Part shown: positions 37,031-45,704 of the stretch, one piece after another | How the letters are laid out: the number at the start of each line of letters is the position of its first letter | How positions within the stretch are numbered: the stretch's first letter is position 1 | Assembly: GCA_030611765.1 (NCBI GenBank) | Contig: JAUWPE010000001.1 | Coordinates: 1-54,413 of the forward strand | From: Candidatus Cloacimonadota bacterium | GTDB lineage: Bacteria; Cloacimonadota; Cloacimonadia; JGIOTU-2 | Reading direction: 5' to 3' | DNA length: 54,413 nt | Notes under the pieces: generated by a model | The model's input: the letters and a program-made list of their open reading frames with translations, nothing else | What the model was told of the DNA's origin: nothing | Database searches by the model: none | Made by a program: the position numbers and the translations under genes

Positions 37031-37495
37031 ATGAAAAGAATGTTAATCGTTATTACGGTATTAATGCTGATCGTTGGGTGTACTAAAGAACCCATGAACT
37101 TTGAAAAACTACAAGAAAGAGATGGATTAATGTATGAAGTAAACTCTACTAAACCATATTCAGGCAAAGCAATTTCGTTATATGAAAATGGACAAAAGAA
37201 GGGTGAAGGAACTTTAAAGGATGGAAAAAGGGAAGGTTTGTTTGTATCTTGGTACGAAAATGGGCAGAAGTCACAAGAAGGAACTTTCAAGGATGGAAAA
37301 AGGGAAGGTTTGTTTGTATATTGGCACGAAAATGGGCAGAAGTCACAAGAAGAAACTTTCAAGGATGGAAAAAGGGAAGGTTTGTTTGTATATTGGTACG
37401 AGAATGGTAAGAAGAAGTCTGAAGGCACTTTCATAGATGGAACCCCTCAACCAGATTGGAAATATTGGTATAAGAGTGGAAATAGGAAGAATTAA
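37031..37495 (+). CDS. MORN-repeat-variant lipoprotein (YwqK-like)
   Basis: Start moved to MKRMLIVITVLMLIVGC (lipobox) after AGGGAG. Repeated GKREGLFV(S/Y)W(Y/H)ENGQKSQEGTFKD units typical of the YwqK/MORN-variant family. Confidence 0.75.
   Translation: MKRMLIVITVLMLIVGCTKEPMNFEKLQERDGLMYEVNSTKPYSGKAISLYENGQKKGEGTLKDGKREGLFVSWYENGQKSQEGTFKDGKREGLFVYWHENGQKSQEETFKDGKREGLFVYWYENGKKKSEGTFIDGTPQPDWKYWYKSGNRKN
37219..37434 (+). repeat. three tandem 72-bp (24-codon) coding repeats
   Basis: Units begin at 37219, 37291 and 37363 (GGATGGAAAAAGGGAAGGTTTGTTTGTAT...). The first two differ at only 3 positions. Confidence 0.9.
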
Positions 37496-37652
37496 GAGAC
37501 TTGCAATAATTTAATTGATTAGCTTAAAATATATTAAAATTGCATTTATTTTTTTGATTTATTGAAGTAAGAAGATAATGATCAAACCATTATTAGCAGA
37601 AGAATATTGAAATTAATTTTTTAAAATATGTAGATAATACTATGTGCTAATA

Positions 37653-37719
37653 TTTCCCTCTATCAAATATCGACGGTGGACAGAATTCCTCGATCCTCTC
37701 AATTATCCTATCTGCCTGC
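37653..37719 (-). other. displaced duplicate of the deoxynucleoside kinase 3' end
   Basis: Aligns with 38361-38427. Reads QADRIIERIEEFCPPSIFDRGKY* versus gene QAERIIQKIEEFCPPSIFDRGK*: 7 substitutions (4 synonymous, 3 conservative) and one in-frame extra codon. Confidence 0.75.
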
Positions 37720-37735
37720 TTAAAACTTGAGACAT

Positions 37736-38265
37736 GTCGAAGAGCATGTCTTAAGTTGTACTGCGCCTGCGAATCACTTATCACAAGCTCTTCGACTTGT
37801 GACAAAATAATTCATTTTTTGGAGTGCATCGAGCGTCTCGATGCAAAAGAATTCCCCAACCAGAGCCGGCGGAGTCGGCAGCTCCAAATTAAAAAATTGT
37901 CACTCTGAGCTTGCGAAGAGTCTATTCTTTAGGAGCACTGTGTCATAATAAAAATAGTGCTGCGTGTTTTCAGTAAATAGATTCTTCTCCGCCAGCCGGC
38001 GGATGATGGCGAGTCGTAGAGCATGTCTTAAGTTGTATATATTTACGAATTACTTATAACAAGCTCTTCGACTTGTGACAAGATAATTCTTTTTTTGGAG
38101 TGCATCGAGCTCTTATATGTGGGGAAATCTCATATTTAAGCCGACAGAGTCAGCTACTCCAAATTAAAAAATTGTCACTCTGAGCTTGCGAAGAGTCTAT
38201 TCTTTAGGGGCACTGTGTCATAATAAAAATAGTGCTGCGTGTTTTCAGTAAATAGATTCTTCTCC
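37736..38265 (+). repeat. tandem duplication (~276-bp period) of a hairpin-module array (locus C)
   Basis: Unit 1 runs from 37736 and unit 2 from 38013. A ~115-bp stretch (CTCCAAATTAAAAAATTGTCACTCTGAGCTTGCGAAGAGTCTATTC...AATAGATTCTTCTCC) is near-identical, while the central segment has diverged. Confidence 0.85.
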
Positions 38266-38312
38266 CGATGAATCGTGATCAGAATGACAAGGTTCTTTTC
38301 GTAAAGTCTATG

Positions 38313-38349
38313 TTAGAAAACTTTGCGAAACCCCACAGCTTTCGCAAAG
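38313..38349 (-). terminator. rho-independent terminator of the era-dNK operon
   Basis: Perfect 10-bp stem CTTTGCGAAA (38321-38330) / TTTCGCAAAG (38340-38349), followed on the minus strand by TTTTCT. Confidence 0.7.
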
Positions 38350-38356
38350 ATAATTT

Positions 38357-39001
38357 CTACTTTCCTCTATCAAATATCGACGGTGGGCAGAATTCCTCGA
38401 TCTTCTGAATAATCCTTTCTGCCTGTGCTTCAATCTCTTTTTCGGTACAATTATTTGTATTTATCTCAAGAACCTGCGTCATTTTTCGTGCACGAGGGAT
38501 CCAATTATCATATGCATCATTAAGCTGCTGAAGGTAACTCTTCGGAATGCTCTTTTCGCTTTCTCTTCCACGCTGCTGAATACGCTCAATAAGCTCGTTC
38601 ACATCTGCCCAAAGATACACGATCAAGTCCGGATCCTGTAAATAATACGTCATATTTTTGAAAAGATCCTGATAATTCTCAAAATCACGTTCGGTCATAG
38701 AGCCATTCTTGTAGAGGGTTCGCGCAAAAATTTCCGCATCTTCATAAATGGTTCTGTCCTGGATGCATGAGATATTGTTCTCAACGATCTTTTTCTGCAT
38801 CTCGAAACGCTTGGAAAGAAAGTACACCTGCAGATGAAAGCTCCACCTGCTCATATCCGTATAAAAGTCATCGAGATATGGATTTGTGATAACCGGCTCG
38901 TAGTACGCTTCCCACTCCAGCTTTTCGCTGATGAGCCGGGTCATAGTGGTTTTGCCCACGCCGATATTTCCTGCAATCGCAATAAAATAATGGTCTTCCA
39001 T
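38357..39001 (-). CDS. deoxynucleoside kinase (dAK/dGK family)
   Basis: P-loop IAIAGNIGVGKTT. DRT and ERIQQRGRE (arginine-rich LID) motifs. Start placed at MEDHYF (39001), which overlaps the era stop (TAATG), rather than the track start 39046 inside era. Confidence 0.85.
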   Translation of the reverse strand: MEDHYFIAIAGNIGVGKTTMTRLISEKLEWEAYYEPVITNPYLDDFYTDMSRWSFHLQVYFLSKRFEMQKKIVENNISCIQDRTIYEDAEIFARTLYKNGSMTERDFENYQDLFKNMTYYLQDPDLIVYLWADVNELIERIQQRGRESEKSIPKSYLQQLNDAYDNWIPRARKMTQVLEINTNNCTEKEIEAQAERIIQKIEEFCPPSIFDRGK

Positions 39002-39894
39002 TATTTGTATCCGAATTCCTTCAATACCCGTTCTTTTTTTCGCCAATTTTTACGAATTTTTATCCAAAGATGAAGCCGAACTTTTTTCCGGATGAGGTAA
39101 CGAATATCACGCTGTGCAGCAAGGCGTATTTCTTTTATCATTTCTCCATTTTTGCCGATGATTATCTTTTTCTGAGAATGAGATTCTACAAAAACGTTTG
39201 CCCACACCTCTGCTCTGTCATCCTCTTCTTCAAACATATCCACGGTGACCGCAGTTGAATAGGGAATTTCCTGATGAAGATGAAGAAATATTTTTTCGCG
39301 AATGATTTCTTGTGCAAAGAATCTCATATTACGATCTGATATGTTATCAATAGGATAATAAGGCGGGTGGATCGGGAGCAGCAAAAGTATCTTTTCAAAC
39401 AGTACATTTAACCCTATGTCTTTTGTCGCCGAAATAAAAAAGATATCCTCGAAACCCCAGTCTGTAAGCGTGGCTTTTATTTCCTCAATCGCTTTATCAT
39501 TCTTGGCAAGATCAATTTTATTAATAACAGCCAGTTTTGGTATTTTCGATTTCAGTATGATACTGCTTACCTGAGTGTCATAATCTGTGGGGAAGGTTTC
39601 GATGTCGCATATAAATAGAAGCACTTCAACACCTTTGAGCGCTTCCGAGATCGAGGTTTGCATTTTTTCTTGAAGAAGATAGCGTGGTTTCAGAAAGCCG
39701 GGAGTATCAATAAAAACGATTTGATAATCATCGCGGGAGAGAATGCCGAGTAAGTTCTGGCGAGTGGTTTGAGGTTTGGGAGTCGTGATGGAAAGCTTCT
39801 CGCCTAGAAAGGCATTCATCAAACTGGATTTGCCCACATTTGGTTTTCCGATTATAGAAACAAACCCTGCTTTGAAATTCATTTGATCAGACAT
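39001..39894 (-). CDS. era: GTPase Era
   Basis: G1 GKPNVGKSS, G3 DTPG, G4 NKID, and a C-terminal KH domain (IIIGKNGEMIKEI). Confidence 0.95.
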   Translation of the reverse strand: MSDQMNFKAGFVSIIGKPNVGKSSLMNAFLGEKLSITTPKPQTTRQNLLGILSRDDYQIVFIDTPGFLKPRYLLQEKMQTSISEALKGVEVLLFICDIETFPTDYDTQVSSIILKSKIPKLAVINKIDLAKNDKAIEEIKATLTDWGFEDIFFISATKDIGLNVLFEKILLLLPIHPPYYPIDNISDRNMRFFAQEIIREKIFLHLHQEIPYSTAVTVDMFEEEDDRAEVWANVFVESHSQKKIIIGKNGEMIKEIRLAAQRDIRYLIRKKVRLHLWIKIRKNWRKKERVLKEFGYK

Positions 39895-40897
39895 TTTTGC
39901 ACAACCTATATATCATCATCTCAAGAACGGTCTTGTTAAGCTTGGCATCCACAGATTTGAGTTTTTTGTCAGCTTCCAGCAGTAGTGCAAAGATCAGGTC
40001 AAAATTTTCAAGCGAATAATATTCGGAAGAATTCATGAATGACTTCGAGCCCCAGCCGCCAAGCGAGCGTTCAATTTCTGTCTTTGATCTGTTCTGCTGA
40101 AACCGTTGAATGAGAATATCCCAAAGCGTGGTATAGAATCGTGTAAGCATAATGACGATAAGCACAGGCGACATATTATTTGCCATAAGGTTTTCCAGCA
40201 CTTTTATTGATTGCCCCAAATTACGCTGAGTTAATGCATTTTGAAGCTCGTAGATAGTGTTCCCTTTTGAAATGCCAATACATGCCTGCACGTCTTCAGG
40301 AGTAATATGGGTTCTGCCACCGGAGTAAAGCGCAACTTTTTCGAGCTCGCTGTGAAGTTCCTGAAAATTCAATCCTATGTAATCAACCATGATACGCGCA
40401 GCATCATTATCAATTGTCTTATTCAGGGCAGTGGATTCTTCTCTAAGAAATCGGATCGCTTCGCTTTCATTATAAGGATGATAGAAATAATAAGTTTTTG
40501 CGAGCTTTGCAATCTTGGCATAAATTCCGGAACGGATATTTTCCTTATCGGATTCGATCACAAAGATAGTATCCGCGATCGGTTTTTCAAGATACTCAGC
40601 TATTTTTTTCTTATAGACAATGTGCATTGACTGGAAATTCCGCAGAACGACCAATTTTTTATCGGAAAGCATTGGTGGAGTTTGCAGTGCTTCCATGACC
40701 TCATTAGCTTTTGCTTCCTCTCCAAAGAATATATCGAAATTGAAATCCATCACATTGGGTGGAACGATTGCAGTTTTGAGCTGATGAAACGCTTTATCTT
40801 TCAGGAAACTTTCTTCATCTGTGAAGAAGTAATTATTGTGAATGATCCCTTTTTGAAGCTCAGCTTTGAGGTCCCAGTATTTAAGTTTTTTATTCAT
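39887..40897 (-). CDS. holA: DNA polymerase III subunit delta
   Basis: 336 aa. Length and layout of HolA (N-terminal Rossmann-like domain, helical C-terminus). Operon position next to scpB and era. Confidence 0.75.
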   Translation of the reverse strand: MNKKLKYWDLKAELQKGIIHNNYFFTDEESFLKDKAFHQLKTAIVPPNVMDFNFDIFFGEEAKANEVMEALQTPPMLSDKKLVVLRNFQSMHIVYKKKIAEYLEKPIADTIFVIESDKENIRSGIYAKIAKLAKTYYFYHPYNESEAIRFLREESTALNKTIDNDAARIMVDYIGLNFQELHSELEKVALYSGGRTHITPEDVQACIGISKGNTIYELQNALTQRNLGQSIKVLENLMANNMSPVLIVIMLTRFYTTLWDILIQRFQQNRSKTEIERSLGGWGSKSFMNSSEYYSLENFDLIFALLLEADKKLKSVDAKLNKTVLEMMIYRLCKNV

Positions 40898-41489
40898 CAG
40901 AATTTTCAGCGAGTAGTTCGAGTTGGTCTTTTGTTTTCATGTTCTGGGGTTCGGCAATATCTGTCGCCATAAGCTCACGTATCTGGTGAAGATTGGGAAG
41001 GTCTTCAATATCATTGAGTCCGAAAAATTCGAGGAATTTATCAGTTGTCGTATAGAGCAGCGGACGCCCGAAGGTTTTCATCCTGCCCGCAATTTTGATA
41101 AGCTTCACTTCCAGTAGATTTTTTATATGATATTGAGAATTCACTCCTCGGATCGCATCTACTTTTGGGCGTGTAATTGGCTGATGGTAAGCGACAATAG
41201 CGAGTACTTCAAGAGCGGAAGAAGTCAAGCTGATGTCTTTTTTCTCTTCGTATAATTTTTCAATAAGATGATAATACTGCCGATCTGTTGCAAACTTGTA
41301 GCCGCCTGCGATCTTTCTGATGCAGAAGGTTCTCCCCTGATCGCTGTATTCAAGGTTCAATTGCGCAATCAATTTATCGACATCTTGGCTATCATCGATT
41401 TCAAGAAAATGAGCTATCTGTTCAGCCGAGATAGGTTTATCTGAAGCAAAAACAAGCACTTCAATTGATTTTTTTGGATTCTTTGTCAT
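40890..41489 (-). CDS. scpB: segregation and condensation protein B
   Basis: 199 aa. IEVLVFASDKPIS...LEVLAIVAYHQPITRPKVDAIRGVNS...GRPLLYTTTDKFLEFFGL matches the two winged-helix ScpB repeats. Confidence 0.9.
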   Translation of the reverse strand: MTKNPKKSIEVLVFASDKPISAEQIAHFLEIDDSQDVDKLIAQLNLEYSDQGRTFCIRKIAGGYKFATDRQYYHLIEKLYEEKKDISLTSSALEVLAIVAYHQPITRPKVDAIRGVNSQYHIKNLLEVKLIKIAGRMKTFGRPLLYTTTDKFLEFFGLNDIEDLPNLHQIRELMATDIAEPQNMKTKDQLELLAENSDE

Positions 41490-41492
41490 AAT

Positions 41493-42290
41493 TTATATAA
41501 AAAATATTGTGATAATTCCAATGATCCAGCAGTAAATGGAGAAGTAAAACAACTCGGCTTGTTTGATCATTTTTATAAGAAAGGAAATAGCGAAATAACC
41601 CACAATTGCAGCCACTATACCGCCAAGAATGAAATTCAGCACTACTTCACTTGACGACATTGCACTTTGCATATCTTTTATTTTCAAAATAGTGGCACCG
41701 AGAATTGCAGGGATGGAGAGAAGAAAGGAAAAACGTGTCGCCAGATCACGGGTTCTGCCTGTAAAAATGCCGGTCGTAATTGTCGCCCCTGAACGAGAGA
41801 TGCCGGGAATGATTGCAATACTCTGAGCAAAACCTACCAGCAAAGAAGAGGGAACGCTCATTTTCTTTTTGGTCGTATTCCTAATTTTGTCAGACGCAAA
41901 GAGAATACCGCCGGTAATGATGAGCATGAAGCCAACAAGAACCGTGTTTTCGAAAAGTGATTCAAAGATGTCCTTAAATGCGAATCCAATTATCGCAGTA
42001 ATTACTGAAGCGATGATAAGATAAAAAAGAAGGTGGTGTGCATATTTTATATTTTCGGAAGCATCTTTTCTCCAGTTGAAGATAGACTGGATTATTTCCC
42101 ATATATCTTTTCTGAAATAGATGATTACGGCGACAAGTGTGCCAAGGTGCACTGCAATCTCAAAAAGAACACCCGGGTCGTTAAACTTCAGAAGTTTTTG
42201 AAAAATCACCAAGTGGCCGGAACTGCTTACAGGAAGAAATTCAGTAAGTCCCTGCACAATGCCGAGGATTATTGATTTAAGTGCGGTCAT
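41493..42290 (-). CDS. uppP: undecaprenyl-diphosphate phosphatase
   Basis: 265 aa polytopic. BacA motifs GLTEFLPVSSSGHL and PGISRSG. Confidence 0.9.
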   Translation of the reverse strand: MTALKSIILGIVQGLTEFLPVSSSGHLVIFQKLLKFNDPGVLFEIAVHLGTLVAVIIYFRKDIWEIIQSIFNWRKDASENIKYAHHLLFYLIIASVITAIIGFAFKDIFESLFENTVLVGFMLIITGGILFASDKIRNTTKKKMSVPSSLLVGFAQSIAIIPGISRSGATITTGIFTGRTRDLATRFSFLLSIPAILGATILKIKDMQSAMSSSEVVLNFILGGIVAAIVGYFAISFLIKMIKQAELFYFSIYCWIIGIITIFFI

Positions 42291-43468
42291 AGAACATATT
42301 CTTTCGGAAGTACAATATCTGTGATAGGAACGAGCTCGATATTATTTCCTTCAAGATTTTTCAGTATCTGTTTAAGTTCTTCAATACTGCTTTTTTTTGC
42401 ATGGGTAATGACAATGATCTTGTTTTTTCGCGATGCGAGATCCAATATATTATTTGTTTTTGCAATAACTCTATCAGGATACTCTCCGGAATCGAGGAAG
42501 ATATCTCGCTGACAGGTTGAAATTCCCATGTCTTCTGCAAGAGTATAGCCCACAGACTTTGCCGAAGTGCGGCTGTCAAAGAAGAACATGTCATTAGCTT
42601 TCAGAATTTCAAGAACCGGTCTCATGACATACTCATGCTGCGTTGCAAGGGAACCCATATGATTGTTCACACCGATGCACAAGGGGAGTTGTTTGATGAA
42701 CTTTTTCATTCTTTTCTTTATTTCATTTTCCGTCAGATCGACGAAGATCGCATTCTTGCCGGGGTCATTTTTCGGGTAAGTTTCCGGCTCCATAGGCACA
42801 TGTATAATGGTTTCCCTTCCTTGATTATACGCTTTTTGCATGATCTCTTCACTATAGGCAAGATCGGGAAGAATGGCAAAAGTGATCGATTTGTTCAGAG
42901 CCAAAAATTCATCGAGAAGAGGTCCGGAAAAATATCCGAAATCATCAATAATAATTGAGAGTTCTGTAATCTTATCATAGAGACCGCTCATGTCATTTTT
43001 CAAAATGAGAATGTAGTATTCTTTTGACGCAGGGTCAAAAATTTCCATTTCGATCTTGCTGCCGTCATCGGATTCCTTCACACTTAGTATCTGGCCGCCA
43101 TTTTCTTTGACCTTATCAGTAATGAAGATATTGCTGATCGTCAAGCTGAGTTGATTAGAATTTATAGTTATCTCTTTATAAGTTTTATCATCAATTTTGT
43201 AGGTTTTGATGAACTTGTCAGGAATCTCAAGGCGTTTGAGTGCATACTCAATAATGTTGCCTACTCCCTGTACTTCCGTAGTTTCTTCAGTGACGGAAAG
43301 TGTGTGATCCCGAGGTGGTTTTTTGATCGAAATGACCACCTGCCAGATAAAAAAAACAATAATAATAAAAGCTGCGATGAAAAGTAGACTCTTGAATTTC
43401 AAAAGAGTATTTTCGTCTTTCTTTTTTGAAGTTTTCTTCTTATATCGTTTGCGTTGTTTATTTGCCAT
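42287..43468 (-). CDS. divergent polysaccharide deacetylase family protein (YibQ-like) with N-terminal TM and extra domain
   Basis: C-terminal half LSIIIDDFGY...FAILP...HVPMEP...NNHMGS typical of the YibQ family. Basic N-terminus plus one TM. Confidence 0.75.
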   Translation of the reverse strand: MANKQRKRYKKKTSKKKDENTLLKFKSLLFIAAFIIIVFFIWQVVISIKKPPRDHTLSVTEETTEVQGVGNIIEYALKRLEIPDKFIKTYKIDDKTYKEITINSNQLSLTISNIFITDKVKENGGQILSVKESDDGSKIEMEIFDPASKEYYILILKNDMSGLYDKITELSIIIDDFGYFSGPLLDEFLALNKSITFAILPDLAYSEEIMQKAYNQGRETIIHVPMEPETYPKNDPGKNAIFVDLTENEIKKRMKKFIKQLPLCIGVNNHMGSLATQHEYVMRPVLEILKANDMFFFDSRTSAKSVGYTLAEDMGISTCQRDIFLDSGEYPDRVIAKTNNILDLASRKNKIIVITHAKKSSIEELKQILKNLEGNNIELVPITDIVLPKEYVL

Positions 43469-43495
43469 ATAGACTTAAAATGAGTAGTGCTTTTT

Positions 43496-43518
43496 CTTTG
43501 TCAAAATTATTGACAAAG
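43496..43518. promoter_or_regulatory. 23-bp perfect palindrome CTTTGTCAAaattaTTGACAAAG in a divergent promoter region
   Basis: 9-bp arms with a 5-nt centre. Lies 28 nt upstream of the YibQ-like ATG and 170 nt upstream of the oxidoreductase operon ATG. Half-site TGTCAA/TTGACA also occurs in the 13141-13199 repeats. Confidence 0.4.
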
Positions 43519-43688
43519 ATTTAATTGTACGTGAGTTTTGATTAAAGAATATGAATGGAATTGTTCTTGCATGGTTGATATGATTTTTTATATTGTATTT
43601 TTAAAAATAACTCAAGAAATATACATTGTATATCTTGTTCAAAGAAGTTCAAATTTTTACAATATTTATAAAATATGAAGGAGAAAGC

Positions 43689-44240
43689 ATGATTGAAATC
43701 CGTATGCATGGTCGTGGTGGCCAGGGAGCGGTGAAAGCTTCTTTTGTACTGGCTGAAGCTGCTTTCCAGGGTGGAAAGTATGTTCAGGCATTTCCTCGAT
43801 TCGGTGTTGAGCGGCGTGGTGCTCCTGTAGAAGCCTTCACTCGGATTGACGATAAGCCGGTACAGATTCGATCACAAATTTATTACCCGGATGGAATAAT
43901 TGTACTTGATCCGACGTTGATAGAAGTAGTTGATGTCACCAAGGGTTTGAAGAAAGGCGGGTGGATATTGATCAATTCCGATAAGGATCCTGAGTTTTAT
44001 GACTTTGGTGATGACTATAAGGTTTATACTGTTGATGCAACTGAAATTGCAGTTCAAAACAGACTTGGCTCACGTACAGCCCCCATTGTGAACACAGCGA
44101 TTGTCGGCGCCCTTGCAAAAATTACCGGTATTGTTACAATTGATGCAGTTTTTAAAGGAATTGATAGTTCTATTCCCCGATTTCAAGAAGAAAACAAGAG
44201 TGCTGCTAAGCAGGCTTATGACTCAATAGCGAGCGGATAG
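43689..44240 (+). CDS. 2-oxoacid:ferredoxin oxidoreductase subunit gamma
   Basis: MIEIRMHGRGGQGAV N-terminus after AAGGAG. The track ORF begins at an upstream TTG. Confidence 0.85.
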   Translation: MIEIRMHGRGGQGAVKASFVLAEAAFQGGKYVQAFPRFGVERRGAPVEAFTRIDDKPVQIRSQIYYPDGIIVLDPTLIEVVDVTKGLKKGGWILINSDKDPEFYDFGDDYKVYTVDATEIAVQNRLGSRTAPIVNTAIVGALAKITGIVTIDAVFKGIDSSIPRFQEENKSAAKQAYDSIASG

Positions 44241-44253
44241 AAAGGATGTGAAT

Positions 44254-44559
44254 ATGGTTATTAAGTTTCAAAATAATGACAAGCCGGTTAGGATCACAGG
44301 AGCGAAAGATATGCCTCCAATGCCTGCTGCGCTTGGCTCAATGCGTCAGAACAAAACAGGCAGCTGGCGAAATGTCCGCCCTGTCATCGATTATGATAAA
44401 TGCATAAAATGCTTTATCTGCTGGAAATTTTGTCCCGAACCTGCGATCAAGATCGTGGATGAACTTCCTGTCATCGATTATGATTATTGCAAAGGATGTC
44501 TTATGTGTGCAGAAGAATGCCCAAAAGATGCAATTGGTTTCGAAAAGGAGGGTAAATGA
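44254..44559 (+). CDS. 2-oxoacid:ferredoxin oxidoreductase subunit delta (2x[4Fe-4S] ferredoxin)
   Basis: CIKCFICWKFCP and CKGCLMCAEECP cluster motifs. ATG at 44254 is 7 nt after AAAGGA; the track start is a GTG at 44248. Confidence 0.85.
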   Translation: MVIKFQNNDKPVRITGAKDMPPMPAALGSMRQNKTGSWRNVRPVIDYDKCIKCFICWKFCPEPAIKIVDELPVIDYDYCKGCLMCAEECPKDAIGFEKEGK

Positions 44560-45704
44560 AAAAGACAATGATGGGAAACTATGCAGCTTCCTGGGGTGCA
44601 CAGCTTGCTCGAGTGCAAGTAATTGCCGCATATCCGATCACACCCCAGACGCTCATTGTTGAAAAATTGTCAGATATCGTGGCTGATGGTGAGCTTGATG
44701 CGAAATTCATCAAGGTGGAATCAGAACATTCTGCGATGGCAGCTTGTATTGGTGCTTCTGCTACCGGTGCACGAGCGTATACTGCAACCAGTGCTCAGGG
44801 CTTGGCTCTTATGCATGAAATGCTTCACTGGGCAGCGCTCGCACGACTGCCGATAGTAATGACCAATGTGAACAGAGCAATGGCTCCGGGTTGGTCGATC
44901 TGGGCAGACCAGAATGACAGTCTTTCACAAAGAGATACCGGATGGATGCAGATCTATGCTTCGAGCGCACAGGAAATACTTGATTCAACACTAATTGGAT
45001 ATAAAGTAAGTGAAAAAGTATTACTGCCGACCCTCATCTCCTTTGATGCTTTTTTCCTTTCCCACACTATGGAAGTTGTTGATATGCCGGAAATTGAATT
45101 AATTGATAAATACCTTCCACCTTATAAACCTGAATACAAAATGGATGTGAATGATCCCCGTTCTTTTGGCGCTCTCACAGACGAGCAGTATTACTATGAA
45201 TTCCGCTATAAGATGCAGAAAGCTATGGACGAAGCAGTTGATGTCATCAAAGAAGACGGCAAAGAATATGAAAAAATTACCGGCAGAGCTTATAGTCTGA
45301 TCCATCCATACAGATGTGAAGATGCAGATATGATACTTGTTACTTCAGGAACTATCGCAGAGACTACAAATGTTGCTGTTGATGAACTTCGTGCAGAAGG
45401 CAAGAAGGTTGGTAATCTACGAATCCGCGTGATCCGTCCTTATCCAAAGAAAGAAATTCTGGAAGTGGTCAAGGGTGTGAAAAAACTTGCTGTAATCGAC
45501 CGAAACATCTCTCCAGGTTATTCCGGTATTTTTTCCCAGGAATTGAAATCTGCTTTATATAATGAAGTAGATATTCCGGTGCGTTCTTATATTGCAGGAC
45601 TTGGCGGGCGCGATGTAAAAATAGAGGATATTAAAGATATGGCAAATGATACACTCAAGAATGATGCTCCAAATGATCTAATATGGAAAGGAGTCAAAAT
45701 ATGA
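44556..45704 (+). CDS. 2-oxoacid:ferredoxin oxidoreductase subunit alpha
   Basis: 382 aa. MMGNYAASWGAQLARVQVIAAYPITPQT N-terminus typical of PorA/VorA. Start overlaps the delta stop. Confidence 0.9.
   Translation: MKKTMMGNYAASWGAQLARVQVIAAYPITPQTLIVEKLSDIVADGELDAKFIKVESEHSAMAACIGASATGARAYTATSAQGLALMHEMLHWAALARLPIVMTNVNRAMAPGWSIWADQNDSLSQRDTGWMQIYASSAQEILDSTLIGYKVSEKVLLPTLISFDAFFLSHTMEVVDMPEIELIDKYLPPYKPEYKMDVNDPRSFGALTDEQYYYEFRYKMQKAMDEAVDVIKEDGKEYEKITGRAYSLIHPYRCEDADMILVTSGTIAETTNVAVDELRAEGKKVGNLRIRVIRPYPKKEILEVVKGVKKLAVIDRNISPGYSGIFSQELKSALYNEVDIPVRSYIAGLGGRDVKIEDIKDMANDTLKNDAPNDLIWKGVKI

Noticed and set aside
36937-37434. 165-aa minus-strand ORF antisense to the MORN-repeat gene
   Set aside because: It is a periodic artefact of the 72-bp tandem repeat. 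The sense frame has a lipoprotein signal, an RBS and a recognisable repeat family.
39002-39046. Track start of the deoxynucleoside kinase at 39046, 46 nt inside era; similar upstream starts for yjbQ (21415), the OFOR gamma subunit (43626) and the beta subunit (45683)
   Set aside because: Internal ATGs that coincide with RBS motifs, with the family N-termini or with stop/start overlaps are far more plausible. The extensions overlap neighbouring genes or lack an RBS.
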